The translations under genes were made by a program, and so were the position numbers. Under the pieces are notes generated by a model. The model made no database searches. It was not told the DNA's origin and worked only from the letters and a program-made list of their open reading frames with translations. DNA of 64,000 nucleotides from Candidatus Yonathbacteria bacterium RIFCSPLOWO2_01_FULL_47_33b (lineage in GTDB: Bacteria > Patescibacteriota > Minisyncoccia > Phycocordibacterales > UBA1550), in contig MHUW01000007.1 of the NCBI GenBank assembly GCA_001823575.1, forward strand, positions 24,223-88,222. Direction: 5' to 3'. Positions 1 to 8,928 of this stretch are shown one piece after another (position 1 is the first letter of the stretch; each line of letters starts with the position of its first letter).

Positions 1-1060
1 TTTCGCCGGTGATTTTTACGACATCCTTATCAACTTTCTTGAGCTCTCTGTAGGCTGCAGTGTAGTGGTTGACCGTGGTACCGAGTGCGTTGCCGAGCTT
101 TTTCATATATTCCTCGTAAGCGGTCAGGTGTTTGCGAAGCTCCTCGACGCGACCAATGATGAGCTGTGCCGACTCTTCAATTTTAAACGCACGGAAACCG
201 TAGAGCACCGACTGAAGGTATGCTGAAAATGTGGTTGGAGATACAATGATAACGCGTTTTTCATTTGATGCGTAGTCGATGAGGCTCCTGGTATTGACCT
301 TGACCGCACCCACTTCGTTGATGAGGAGGTCGTAGTAAATACCCTCAGCGGGAATGAACATAAAAGCGAACGGCAGTGTCCCCTCCTCGGGCCGTACATA
401 TTTTGCAGTCTCGTCGATACGTTTTTTAAGATCGTTTCTGAAGTCCTTTTCGAGCTCTTCTTTGCGCGTCTCGTCGGTCTCATTAATGATGCGGTTGTAG
501 TTGTCGAGCGAGAACTTTGCGTCAACCGGTATCATGCCGTCTTTGGTCAAAATGACCGCATCAACGGTTTCCCCGTTTTTGAACTGATGTTGAAGTTTGT
601 AGGCGGTTGGGGGAAGGATATTTGAAAGGATGAGCTCGAGGGCTGCTTCGCCCAAGTTGCCACGTTGCTTTTGGTGCTTGAGGACCTTTTCAAGATTCTG
701 AAGCTGGTCAGCAATGGTGAGCACCTGCTTTGAAGTTTCGTTGGCTGTGGTCATTTCCTTGGCGACATTGGTAAGGTTACGCTCCACCTGTTCGTTGATC
801 TCACGGATGAGCCTTTGTGAATCGCTAAACTGCTCACGTACCGCCTGCTGCATCTCCTTGTTGGACGAGCCGACCTTGGCGTCGACCGTGCGCATAAAGT
901 CGCTCAATTGTGACTGAAAATTACCAATTTGGTTTTGGATGAGGAGGAGCGAATCGTTTTGAGGCTCAGGGGTCGCCGCAGGTGCTTTCTTTAGCAATAG
1001 GAAAAATACAACCGCGACAAGGATAACAATGAGCCCGACGAGGATAAGAGTTGATGACAT
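1..1060 (-). CDS. rmuC: DNA recombination protein RmuC (3' end outside window)
   Basis: Manual translation from ATG at 1060 (absent from the ORF track because it runs off the edge): N-terminal TM MSSTLILVGLIVILVAVVFF, coiled coil, RGNLGE, IPVDAKF, FAFMFIPAEGIY, VSPTT motifs. Confidence 0.9.
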   Translation of the reverse strand, partial: MSSTLILVGLIVILVAVVFFLLLKKAPAATPEPQNDSLLLIQNQIGNFQSQLSDFMRTVDAKVGSSNKEMQQAVREQFSDSQRLIREINEQVERNLTNVAKEMTTANETSKQVLTIADQLQNLEKVLKHQKQRGNLGEAALELILSNILPPTAYKLQHQFKNGETVDAVILTKDGMIPVDAKFSLDNYNRIINETDETRKEELEKDFRNDLKKRIDETAKYVRPEEGTLPFAFMFIPAEGIYYDLLINEVGAVKVNTRSLIDYASNEKRVIIVSPTTFSAYLQSVLYGFRAFKIEESAQLIIGRVEELRKHLTAYEEYMKKLGNALGTTVNHYTAAYRELKKVDKDVVKITGE

Positions 1061-1061
1061 A

Positions 1062-1259
1062 TTACATTCCGTAGGCGGTACCAAGGCTTGATAGCATTGC
1101 AGGGATGGCAAAAAGGAGACCTATGAGGGGCACGACAAAGAGAACAATGCTCGAAATGAGCGTCCACATAAAATACTTGCGGGTCTTTTCCGACGAAACA
1201 TACACTTTCTGTAAAAGCTCTTCTTGTGCTGCGAGACGATTTAAAATTTCTTGTTCCAT
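1062..1259 (-). CDS. small membrane protein (65 aa)
   Basis: ORF with one long hydrophobic segment; TAGAAT 6 nt before ATG; abuts rmuC. Confidence 0.7.
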   Translation of the reverse strand: MEQEILNRLAAQEELLQKVYVSSEKTRKYFMWTLISSIVLFVVPLIGLLFAIPAMLSSLGTAYGM

Positions 1260-1292
1260 TCCCCCATTCTACTACAGTGATTGGTAAAAGAA

Positions 1293-1322
1293 AAACAGAC
1301 TGCCATTACTGACAGTCTGTTT
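1293..1322. terminator. intrinsic terminator after GGDEF gene
   Basis: AAACAGACTG...CAGTCTGTTT stem with T-tract on the minus strand. Confidence 0.65.
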
Positions 1323-1335
1323 GATTTTTAGAGGT

Positions 1336-1917
1336 TTAGCCCCTCGACGTGCGACCCTTTTCTTTATCCTCGTACATAGCTTTATCGGCCAATGAAAGGA
1401 TTTTTTTGAACGGGCGAATCTCGTAGTCGTCGGGAGTGAGCGCTGTTGCTACCCCAACTGAAGTGCGGAGACTCAAAGTTATACCGTCTGCGTTAAAAGG
1501 ATTTGCTGCCAGTGTGTCCTTAATCTTTCTCTTAACACACTCCGCTTGCTCAAGGTTACTCTCTGGTAGGATAACAATAAACTCATCACCGCTAGGGCGA
1601 GAGATAACATCGTAGTCTTCCCTCAAAAGATCCTTGAGTGTTACTGCAAAGTACTTGATAACTTCATCACCGATATGGTGGCCGTAGGTATCGTTGATGT
1701 CCTTGAAACGATCCAGGTCAAGATTCAGTACAGCGAAGTTGTTTTTCTGGCACGTATCGCGGGACAGGATTGAGAAATGGTGCGCCAATGCTTCTTCCAT
1801 TCCTCTCCGGTTCAATAACCCCGTAAGGTGGTCGTGAGTTACCAGGAGCTCAAGTTCCTTGATTCGTTTTTCTTGAGCCTTAATCTTCGTGCGTGCTTTT
1901 TTAAGAGTCAGTGGCAT
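1336..1917 (-). CDS. diguanylate cyclase-family (GGDEF domain) protein with SGDEF signature
   Basis: DHLTGLLNRR, DLDRFKDINDTYGHHIGDEV, RPSGDEF, ADKAMYEDK; short N-terminal coiled coil. Confidence 0.9.
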   Translation of the reverse strand: MPLTLKKARTKIKAQEKRIKELELLVTHDHLTGLLNRRGMEEALAHHFSILSRDTCQKNNFAVLNLDLDRFKDINDTYGHHIGDEVIKYFAVTLKDLLREDYDVISRPSGDEFIVILPESNLEQAECVKRKIKDTLAANPFNADGITLSLRTSVGVATALTPDDYEIRPFKKILSLADKAMYEDKEKGRTSRG

Positions 1918-2006
1918 TATTGCCTCCTTCGAATCGCATGGGTTAGTTAAAGAACACCAATTTCATTACTGGAAGCAAGTATAGCATATTATGTGTAAAA
2001 AGTCAA
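1918..2006 (-). promoter_or_regulatory. sigma70 promoter + boxA-like motif + SD of GGDEF gene
   Basis: Minus strand TTGACT(2006-2001)-17 bp-TATACT(1983-1978), TGTTCTTTAAC (1956-1946), GGAGG. Confidence 0.7.
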
Positions 2007-2065
2007 TGTAGACGATGCGCCTTAAAACTCCTATACTGTAAGGGTATTTTTAAACATTTTTCACT

Positions 2066-2521
2066 ATGTCTCTACACGAACAAATCAAAGGCGAAATAAA
2101 AGCGGCAATGCTCGCCAAGGATGCGGTACGCCTTTCTGTGGTGCGCAATATGGTTTCATCTTTTATGAACGAACTCGTTGCAACGGGTAAAACTCCACAG
2201 GATATTCTCGATGATGCAGGGGTTCTCAAAGTCATTAAACGCCTCTCCAACCAACGCAAAGACTCTATCGAGCAGTTTGTAAAAGGTGGCCGCCCTGAGC
2301 TTGCTGAAAGCGAACAAGCGGAGCTCGCTATTCTCGACACCTACCTCCCTACCCTGATGTCACGCGAGGAGATCAAGGTTGTTGCTCTTGCAAAAAAGGC
2401 TGCGCTTGGTGTCACCGACAAAGCAAAAGCAGGCCAGCTCACGGGGATCATCATGAAGGACCTCGCCGGTAAGGCAGGTGGCGGCGACGTGAAGGCGGTG
2501 GTAGATGAACTGTTTGTCTAA
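2066..2521 (+). CDS. GatB/YqeY domain protein
   Basis: MSLHEQIKGEIKAAMLAKD...QRKDSIEQFVKGGRPELAESEQAELAILDTYLP, typical of YqeY. Confidence 0.9.
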   Translation: MSLHEQIKGEIKAAMLAKDAVRLSVVRNMVSSFMNELVATGKTPQDILDDAGVLKVIKRLSNQRKDSIEQFVKGGRPELAESEQAELAILDTYLPTLMSREEIKVVALAKKAALGVTDKAKAGQLTGIIMKDLAGKAGGGDVKAVVDELFV

Positions 2522-2593
2522 TTGACGAGGTTCTTGTATTTGCGTATAGTACCGTTTAGCATCGTTCTATACTAAACCACAGAGGAGATTGCC

Positions 2594-2962
2594 ATGAATA
2601 AGCTCGTGTTGTTGTGTTTGTTATTTTCAGCAAGTACTGTTTTTGCCGAAGAGTTTTATACTGCGGGCGAGTCCTATCAAGGTCAGCCAATCGCATGTCT
2701 TACTGAGAAGGATGCATCCGACCTTGCGGAGGCCTATGTTCACGAAGGCCTCGAGGAGCTCAACAACGTTCTCGTTCAGAAGAGCGCAAAAAACCTTTGC
2801 GTTGCGGGGGTGCCAGTCACGTTCACGGTCATCAGAAGTGTCTCTACTCATAAGGACAAAGAAACTGTCTATGTGATCGAGATAATGTCGAATGGTATCT
2901 ACTATATTGTCGACCCTCATCCTGTTGCCACCAGGAATCACCGAAAAGTGATTCCGGTATGA
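2594..2962 (+). CDS. hypothetical secreted protein
   Basis: Signal peptide MNKLVLLCLLFSASTVFA; own TTGACG/TATAGT promoter, GAGGAG SD and terminator. Confidence 0.75.
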   Translation: MNKLVLLCLLFSASTVFAEEFYTAGESYQGQPIACLTEKDASDLAEAYVHEGLEELNNVLVQKSAKNLCVAGVPVTFTVIRSVSTHKDKETVYVIEIMSNGIYYIVDPHPVATRNHRKVIPV

Positions 2963-2965
2963 GGC

Positions 2966-3001
2966 AAAAGACCCGAGCAAGAAATTGCCCGGGTCTTTTT
3001 T
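2966..3001. terminator. bidirectional terminator
   Basis: AAAAGACCCGAGCAA-gaaa-TTGCCCGGGTCTTTT between convergent genes. Confidence 0.7.
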
Positions 3002-4262
3002 ATGCCTGTTTCTTTGTTGGACGCTTCATTGTTTTGCTTCGTACGGTGCGGTGGTAGGCTATGGAAAAACGGTGTGCCTCGCTGTTGGCGAGGAGAATGG
3101 CGCGCTCTGACACACCAAGGACCGACCTTGAGCCCAAATTCTTAAGGTCGGACCTTTTCCCATACAGAATCTCGCGTGGGCGATGAAACTCATCTTTGAC
3201 AACACCAACAATGGGGATGCCGAGGCCCCATTCAGCAAGGGACTTGCGCGCGGTGTTTACTTGCGCCTTACCTCCATCGACCACGATGAGTTTCGGCATA
3301 GGCCACTCAGTATGCGCAAAACGACGCTCAAGCATTTCACGAAGCGAAGCATTATCGTCGTTGGTGGAGGTTTTTATCTTAAATTTCCGATAGTCACTCT
3401 TTTTTGCTTCCCCGTTTTCGAGCACGACCATTACGCCGACGGTGCTGGTGCCCGAAATGTGTGCTGAATCGTATGCCTCGATACGAAACAATTCCGTACC
3501 TTGTTTGGCTAGTTTCTCGTGGAAGTTTTCTTTAAGGAGTGCAATGTCTTGTATGTGGGTCAGTGCAAAAAGAGTTTTCTTGAGACGTGCAGCTTCTTCA
3601 AATTTTAGTTCTTTTGCAGCTTTGTTCATATCACGCTCAATACTGACGAGGAGTGTTTGTTTCTTACCTTCAAAAAAGAGTTTGATACGCTGAATGGTTT
3701 TGCCATATTCAGCACGTGACATGGTGCCCGCACAGACACCCGGACAGATCCCTAGTTGTGCGTTGAAACATGGCTTCCCTGCCCCAGGCTTGCATTTATC
3801 ACGGAACGGAAAGATTTTGCGCACGAGCGAAAGGGCCTCCCGGAGCACGCTTCCTTGCGGAAATGGTCCGAAGGAATATTTTACTTCATTAGTCCCTGAC
3901 TCTAATTCACGCCCTCTCATTGTTATGACACGCGGAAACTCCTCTTTCGTAATGACAACATAATTAAAGCTTTTGTTATCTTTTTCTTTGGTATTGTAGG
4001 GCGGCTGATGTTTCTTGATGAGGTGTGCTTCAAGAATGAGTGCCTCGAGCACGGAATCAGTCTCTACGAAATCGACTGAGGTTGCTACCTCAACCATCGC
4101 GACCAAAAGCGGCCCGCGGGTGGCGATGAGGTCGCGGCGAAAATAACTCGCGACACGGCTCTTGAGAGAGGTTGCCTTACCAATATACAAAACCGCGCGG
4201 CGAGATCCGCGAAAGATGTAAACGCCAGGGCTGTCAGGGAGTTTTGTATTGAGCTTTTGCAT
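3000..4262 (-). CDS. uvrC: excinuclease ABC subunit C (short form without C-terminal HhH)
   Basis: LPDSPGVYIF/YIGKA GIY-YIG, Cys cluster, UVR motif (FEEAARL), RIEAYDSAHISG and VDGGKAQ RNase H-like domain; true start likely MQKLN at 4262. Confidence 0.88.
   Translation of the reverse strand: MQKLNTKLPDSPGVYIFRGSRRAVLYIGKATSLKSRVASYFRRDLIATRGPLLVAMVEVATSVDFVETDSVLEALILEAHLIKKHQPPYNTKEKDNKSFNYVVITKEEFPRVITMRGRELESGTNEVKYSFGPFPQGSVLREALSLVRKIFPFRDKCKPGAGKPCFNAQLGICPGVCAGTMSRAEYGKTIQRIKLFFEGKKQTLLVSIERDMNKAAKELKFEEAARLKKTLFALTHIQDIALLKENFHEKLAKQGTELFRIEAYDSAHISGTSTVGVMVVLENGEAKKSDYRKFKIKTSTNDDNASLREMLERRFAHTEWPMPKLIVVDGGKAQVNTARKSLAEWGLGIPIVGVVKDEFHRPREILYGKRSDLKNLGSRSVLGVSERAILLANSEAHRFSIAYHRTVRSKTMKRPTKKQA
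3116..3156. repeat. pair of short REP-like palindromes inside uvrC
   Basis: CAAGGACCGACCTTG (3116-3130) and AAGGTCGGACCTT (3144-3156), near-identical in inverted orientation. Confidence 0.55.
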
Positions 4263-4337
4263 GACAGTTTTTGGGATATTGACCCTTAATACAGGTAAGT
4301 ATATAGTTATAGGAGAGCACTTTACAAGGAGAGAATC

Positions 4338-4706
4338 ATGAATGCGTACCATAAATCGTCCATTCCGGTGGGGATTCTTTTCCCTGAGATCTTTGAAGAT
4401 ATCCTGTGCTCGCTTTTGACGCACATCCCCTTTTTGCAAATGCCGTGCATGCACGAGTTTCTTGTTGCGCGCGCAGAGTTCCTCACGCTGTGGATTGTGG
4501 GAGTACCCAACGAGCGAGGCTGGGAATTTTTGCAAAAGATAAAGGAAGGTCGAGATGTGAACATGTCGGTATCCTTCCCAGACCCCTATACTATTGCAGA
4601 GGATCACATGCGGCGTCAAATGAACTACGTGTTCATCGACAAGCTCATAGAAGACTATGCGACGTCAATCGTTCCGCGTAAAACAAAACTGTTGACCCGC
4701 AAGTAA
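4338..4706 (+). CDS. hypothetical protein
   Basis: TTGACC...TATAGT promoter, AAGGAG SD, downstream hairpin 4716-4741. Confidence 0.7.
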   Translation: MNAYHKSSIPVGILFPEIFEDILCSLLTHIPFLQMPCMHEFLVARAEFLTLWIVGVPNERGWEFLQKIKEGRDVNMSVSFPDPYTIAEDHMRRQMNYVFIDKLIEDYATSIVPRKTKLLTRK

Positions 4707-4835
4707 TTTTTACCAAATAGCTGCCCACCCCGCAGCTATTTCTTTTTTTTGCCATTGTATTGATTTTTCCTTGTGGGAGTGTAGAGTAAAGTGAGAAGCC
4801 TTATTCCCCCATCAATCTCGTGAAGGAGGTGTGAT

Positions 4836-5153
4836 ATGAGCCCCGCACATCCCATGTTCCTTACCTTTTGCGACATGTTTCCTCGTATCTCCCAGGAGTT
4901 GCAGGAAGAACTTATTGAACAAATTCCCCAGCGTGTTTTTGCCAGAGAGGAAATTGGATTTTTCACCCTTTTGCTGGTCAGGGGGGTTTCAATCAATGGT
5001 TGCACATGTCGAGTATATTTCAATGAAGCATTTTCTCCCTTTGATCTACTAACCATTGCTGACTTCGTTAATCATTACAAGGATGCCTTAATGTGGTTCC
5101 ACCAGCGCGTGCGCATTTTGAAGATAAACCAACAACTCAAAAAACCTCGGTAA
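4836..5153 (+). CDS. hypothetical protein
   Basis: AAGGAGGT SD; downstream hairpin AACTACCCTC-ggg-GAGGGTAGTT 5160-5182. Confidence 0.7.
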   Translation: MSPAHPMFLTFCDMFPRISQELQEELIEQIPQRVFAREEIGFFTLLLVRGVSINGCTCRVYFNEAFSPFDLLTIADFVNHYKDALMWFHQRVRILKINQQLKKPR

Positions 5154-5182
5154 CTTCCCAACTACCCTCGGGGAGGGTAGTT

Positions 5183-7750
5183 TTATTTTCGCTTGAGTAC
5201 TTTTTTCAGATACTTGCCGGTATGCGATGCAGGGTTTGAAGCAATTTGCTCGGGCGTACCGCGGGCGACGATCTGTCCGCCGCCTTCCCCGCCCTCGGGT
5301 CCGATGTCGAGCACATAATCGGCGCTCTTGATAACGTCCATATTGTGCTCAATCAAGAACACGCTATTTCCTTTGTCGACGAGTTTTTGAAGAATCTCAA
5401 TGAGTTTGCGCACATCCTCATAGTGGAGGCCAACGGTCGGCTCATCGAGGAGATAGATAGTACGCTCTGCGTAAGGGCGGTAGAGCTCGGAAGAAATCTT
5501 TACGCGCTGAGCTTCACCGCCAGAAAGTGTCGTCGCTGATTGCCCGAGTTTCAGGTACCCAAGACCCACTTCGTTTAAGGTTTTCAGGCGATCATAGATT
5601 GCAGGAATATCTTCAAAGAACGTAAGCGCCTCTTCAACCGTCATTTCGAGAATGTCGTAGATATTTTTCTTTTTGTACTTAACCTCAAGGGTGTCCTTTT
5701 CGAAACGTTTACCGCGACAGACGTCACAGGTCACATACACGGTTGGGAGAAAGTGCATCTCAACGGCAATCGTCCCGTTACCCTGACACGTCTCACAGCG
5801 CCCACCTTTTACGTTGAACGAAAATCGCCCTGGACCCCAACCGCGCAAGCGGGCCTCTTCGGTTTCAGAAAAAAGATCACGAATAAAGGTAAAGGAGCCA
5901 GTGTAGGTGGCAGGGTTTGAGCGCGGTGTGCGGCCTATCGGTGACTGGTCGATGAGGACCGTGCGTGAAAGATACTCCGTGCCGGTAAAACTCTCGCAGT
6001 TGTAAATGTCGTTGGTGCGGTACTTGTACTCAAGACGCGCTTGGAGATTTTTGTGAATGATCTCGTAAAGGAACGTTGACTTACCAGACCCTGATACACC
6101 CGTAATAACCACCATCTTGCCAAGAGGAATCTCTGCATTCAAATGTTTGATATTGAATGCAGCACCTTCACGAATGCGCAAATGCCCACGGTCCTCCTCT
6201 CGACGCTTGTGGGGTATCTCAACCTCAGTATCTCCACGCAAATAGTCGAGGGTAAGGGATTTGTATTTTTTAGGATTCGTAATGAGATCATCAAGGTATC
6301 CCGACACTACGACTTCTCCGCCGTGTACCCCAGCACCAGGGCCGATGTCCACCATGTAGTCTGAGGCAAAGATGGTGTCCTCATCATGCTCCACCACAAT
6401 AATCGTATTACCAATATCGCGGAGGTCCTTCAATGTTTTAATGAGGCGGTCATTGTCGCGCTGATGCAAGCCGATGGTTGGTTCATCGAGTACGTAGAGT
6501 GCACCCACCAGGCGTGAGCCAAGCTGGGACGCGAGGCGGATACGTTGTGCCTCCCCGCCAGAGAGCGTATTGGCACGGCGGTCGAGGGTCAAGTATTCAA
6601 TACCAACATCAAGCATAAAGCGAAGACGGTTTTCGATTTCCTTTACTACAGGTACGGAGATATCTTTATCGCGCGGAGAGATTTTCAAGTTCGCAAAAAA
6701 GTCGCTGGCGTCTTTGATAGACATGCGCGATACTTCAACAATGTTTTTGCCGGAAACGAGCACCTGTAATGCCTCCTTGCGCAAGCGCGCACCCTCACAG
6801 TCGGGGCAAACCTCTTTGCCAAAGAAATGTTTGCTACCAAGGCCGTTGCAGGCCTCACAAGCACCGTAGGGCGAGTTGAATGAAAACAGACGTGGTTCAA
6901 TCTCAGGATACGAAAATCCATCATTAGGGCAGGCAAAGCGGTTGGACATAATAGAGTCTTTGGTCTCCACTCCCTCTTTCGTAAATACAATACGCACAAG
7001 ACTCTGCGACTCATCAAGTGCTTTTTCTACGGCCTCGCCAAGTCGTTCACGACCTTTTGTGTTCTTTCCCTTAAAATCTTCAAGTGAAATTTCATCAACA
7101 AGAACATCAATCTCATGCTTCTTTGTTTTGGTGAGGACAATTTGCTCACGGAGATTCTTCATGACACCATCAACACGCACCATCAAGTAGCCTTTACTGA
7201 GTAAGTCGTAGAGCAACTGATAGTATTCGCCTTTACGGCCGCGAACCATCGGTGCAAAAATACGCACCGAAGTTGCAGACTTTCCCGAGGCTCCCTTGAT
7301 TTCATCCATAATGAAGTTGATGATCTCTTCATTGCCAAGACGCTTGATTTCCGTTCCACAAACGAGACAGTGTGGCTTGCCGATACGCGCATAGAGGACA
7401 CGGAGGTAATCATAGATTTCGGTGATGGTCGCCACGGTCGAGCGCGGGTTTGAGGAGTGTGATTTCTGGTCAATAGAGATTGCCGGCGAAAGACCCGTAA
7501 TCTCATCGACATCAGGCTTTTGCATTTGGTTCAAGAACTGGCGAGCATACGCCGAGAGTGACTCCACATAGCGGCGCTGACCCTCGGCGAAAATCGTATC
7601 AAAGGCAAGCGAAGACTTTCCCGAGCCAGAGAGGCCCGTGAATACGGTCATCGTGCCACGCGGAATCTCCACACTCACATTTTTGAGGTTGTGGGTGCGT
7701 GCTCCTTTGACGACAATCTTGTCGAGTTCTTTTTCTTTTTTGTTTGCCAT
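5183..7750 (-). CDS. uvrA: excinuclease ABC subunit A
   Basis: Two Walker A motifs ([16 protein letters not shown]), two LSGGEAQR signatures, Zn fingers. Confidence 0.97.
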   Translation of the reverse strand: MANKKEKELDKIVVKGARTHNLKNVSVEIPRGTMTVFTGLSGSGKSSLAFDTIFAEGQRRYVESLSAYARQFLNQMQKPDVDEITGLSPAISIDQKSHSSNPRSTVATITEIYDYLRVLYARIGKPHCLVCGTEIKRLGNEEIINFIMDEIKGASGKSATSVRIFAPMVRGRKGEYYQLLYDLLSKGYLMVRVDGVMKNLREQIVLTKTKKHEIDVLVDEISLEDFKGKNTKGRERLGEAVEKALDESQSLVRIVFTKEGVETKDSIMSNRFACPNDGFSYPEIEPRLFSFNSPYGACEACNGLGSKHFFGKEVCPDCEGARLRKEALQVLVSGKNIVEVSRMSIKDASDFFANLKISPRDKDISVPVVKEIENRLRFMLDVGIEYLTLDRRANTLSGGEAQRIRLASQLGSRLVGALYVLDEPTIGLHQRDNDRLIKTLKDLRDIGNTIIVVEHDEDTIFASDYMVDIGPGAGVHGGEVVVSGYLDDLITNPKKYKSLTLDYLRGDTEVEIPHKRREEDRGHLRIREGAAFNIKHLNAEIPLGKMVVITGVSGSGKSTFLYEIIHKNLQARLEYKYRTNDIYNCESFTGTEYLSRTVLIDQSPIGRTPRSNPATYTGSFTFIRDLFSETEEARLRGWGPGRFSFNVKGGRCETCQGNGTIAVEMHFLPTVYVTCDVCRGKRFEKDTLEVKYKKKNIYDILEMTVEEALTFFEDIPAIYDRLKTLNEVGLGYLKLGQSATTLSGGEAQRVKISSELYRPYAERTIYLLDEPTVGLHYEDVRKLIEILQKLVDKGNSVFLIEHNMDVIKSADYVLDIGPEGGEGGGQIVARGTPEQIASNPASHTGKYLKKVLKRK

Positions 7751-7885
7751 AGTGATGTGGTGTTGAACGTCATATCATACCATTACTTTTCGATTTAAGC
7801 AATGGTTGTATGGTGAGGGGGCGCATGCTAGCATTATCTCTAGAAGTAGCAGTTCTCCGAAATATCATACAACGAGGAGGTCGCC

Positions 7886-8569
7886 ATGAAGCTATTGCTC
7901 GTAGTCCTTGCTTTGGTCTTCTTACCGTTCGATGTGTTTGCTGACGATGGCAAAAATTGTTCCATCAACCTCGGTGCTGGCCAGATTTCAATCGATGCAA
8001 ATCGCTTTACTATGTCTGCCGCCGAGCAGAGACTTATGCAGGACCCTCATATCGTTGCTTCGCGAACTGTCCACAACAAAACAGATGTGCAGCAAATTTC
8101 CCTTGGCTGCATGGTCACCGAGCACTGGGGTGTTGATGTGGTCGCAACGCGAGGCATCGAGTTTGCCATCGAGAACACGATTGATCTCCCTGACCTCGCC
8201 GCATTTGAAGAGACCAACAACCTTCCTGTTACTCCTACTTCGGCAACCGTCACAAGGAGCGTAAAAGCCAACACCACTCTCGGCGCCGTCGTGAATTACG
8301 TGTTGCCCATCAACGATTCGTTTAGTCTTCGGTTCGGTGTCGGTATTCACCGCATTACCCTTAACGAAACTTCTCAGATTGAAGTGAGCGACGTGACGGG
8401 GCGACATCTCATTATTCCTGGTCCATCAGAAAAGAAAAGTGGGAATATTCCCACCATCACCATCGGTGCGGGAATGAAGGTGGCGCGCGACTTCAGTCTT
8501 GCAGGACAGTTTTATGTCCCCGCCAAAGGTGTCCGCGCGGTGTTCGTTACCCTCAAGTATGATTTTTAG
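7886..8569 (+). CDS. secreted protein resembling a small outer-membrane beta-barrel
   Basis: Signal peptide, alternating amphipathic strands (VNYVLPINDSFSLRFGVGI; IGAGMKV), C-terminal VTLKYDF; GAGGAGG SD. Confidence 0.6.
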   Translation: MKLLLVVLALVFLPFDVFADDGKNCSINLGAGQISIDANRFTMSAAEQRLMQDPHIVASRTVHNKTDVQQISLGCMVTEHWGVDVVATRGIEFAIENTIDLPDLAAFEETNNLPVTPTSATVTRSVKANTTLGAVVNYVLPINDSFSLRFGVGIHRITLNETSQIEVSDVTGRHLIIPGPSEKKSGNIPTITIGAGMKVARDFSLAGQFYVPAKGVRAVFVTLKYDF

Positions 8570-8679
8570 TTTGTAACCCTCCTCCAAGGGTTTAGATCCG
8601 CTTTACCGCGGGTCTTTTTTTGTATAAAAAATACCACCTTCACAGAGTGTGAAAGTGGTACGTGGTACAGCGTTCAGAA

Positions 8680-8853
8680 CTATTCGGATGCTTTACCGAT
8701 TGCGCGGTCGATATTTGCTGTCGTATTTTTCTGGGCCTCCTCAAGGTAGTGTTTACCCGCCTGTAAAAGCTGGTAGCCACCGAGTAGCGCTAGGCCAAGA
8801 ATCAAGAACAACAAGACAATCTTAACCTTTTTGCCATCGTTACGTTGTGCCAT
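8680..8853 (-). CDS. small single-pass membrane protein
   Basis: TM segment; TTGCAT/TATAAT promoter, TGTTCTTTCAT, GGAGG SD before ATG 8853. Confidence 0.65.
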   Translation of the reverse strand: MAQRNDGKKVKIVLLFLILGLALLGGYQLLQAGKHYLEEAQKNTTANIDRAIGKASE

Positions 8854-8928
8854 TCGAGCCTCCAATAGGACGATGAAAGAACAAATATATTATAGCATAC
8901 ATTACATAAAAATGCAAGTTTTTGCTGC

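Noticed and set aside
124-917. Short ORFs listed in the track
   Set aside because: Alternative frames within rmuC, which the track missed because it is truncated by the window edge.
4263-4619. 119-aa N-terminal extension of UvrC in the ORF track
   Set aside because: Overlaps the plus-strand 4338-4706 gene, which has its own promoter and SD; UvrC homology starts at MQKLN.
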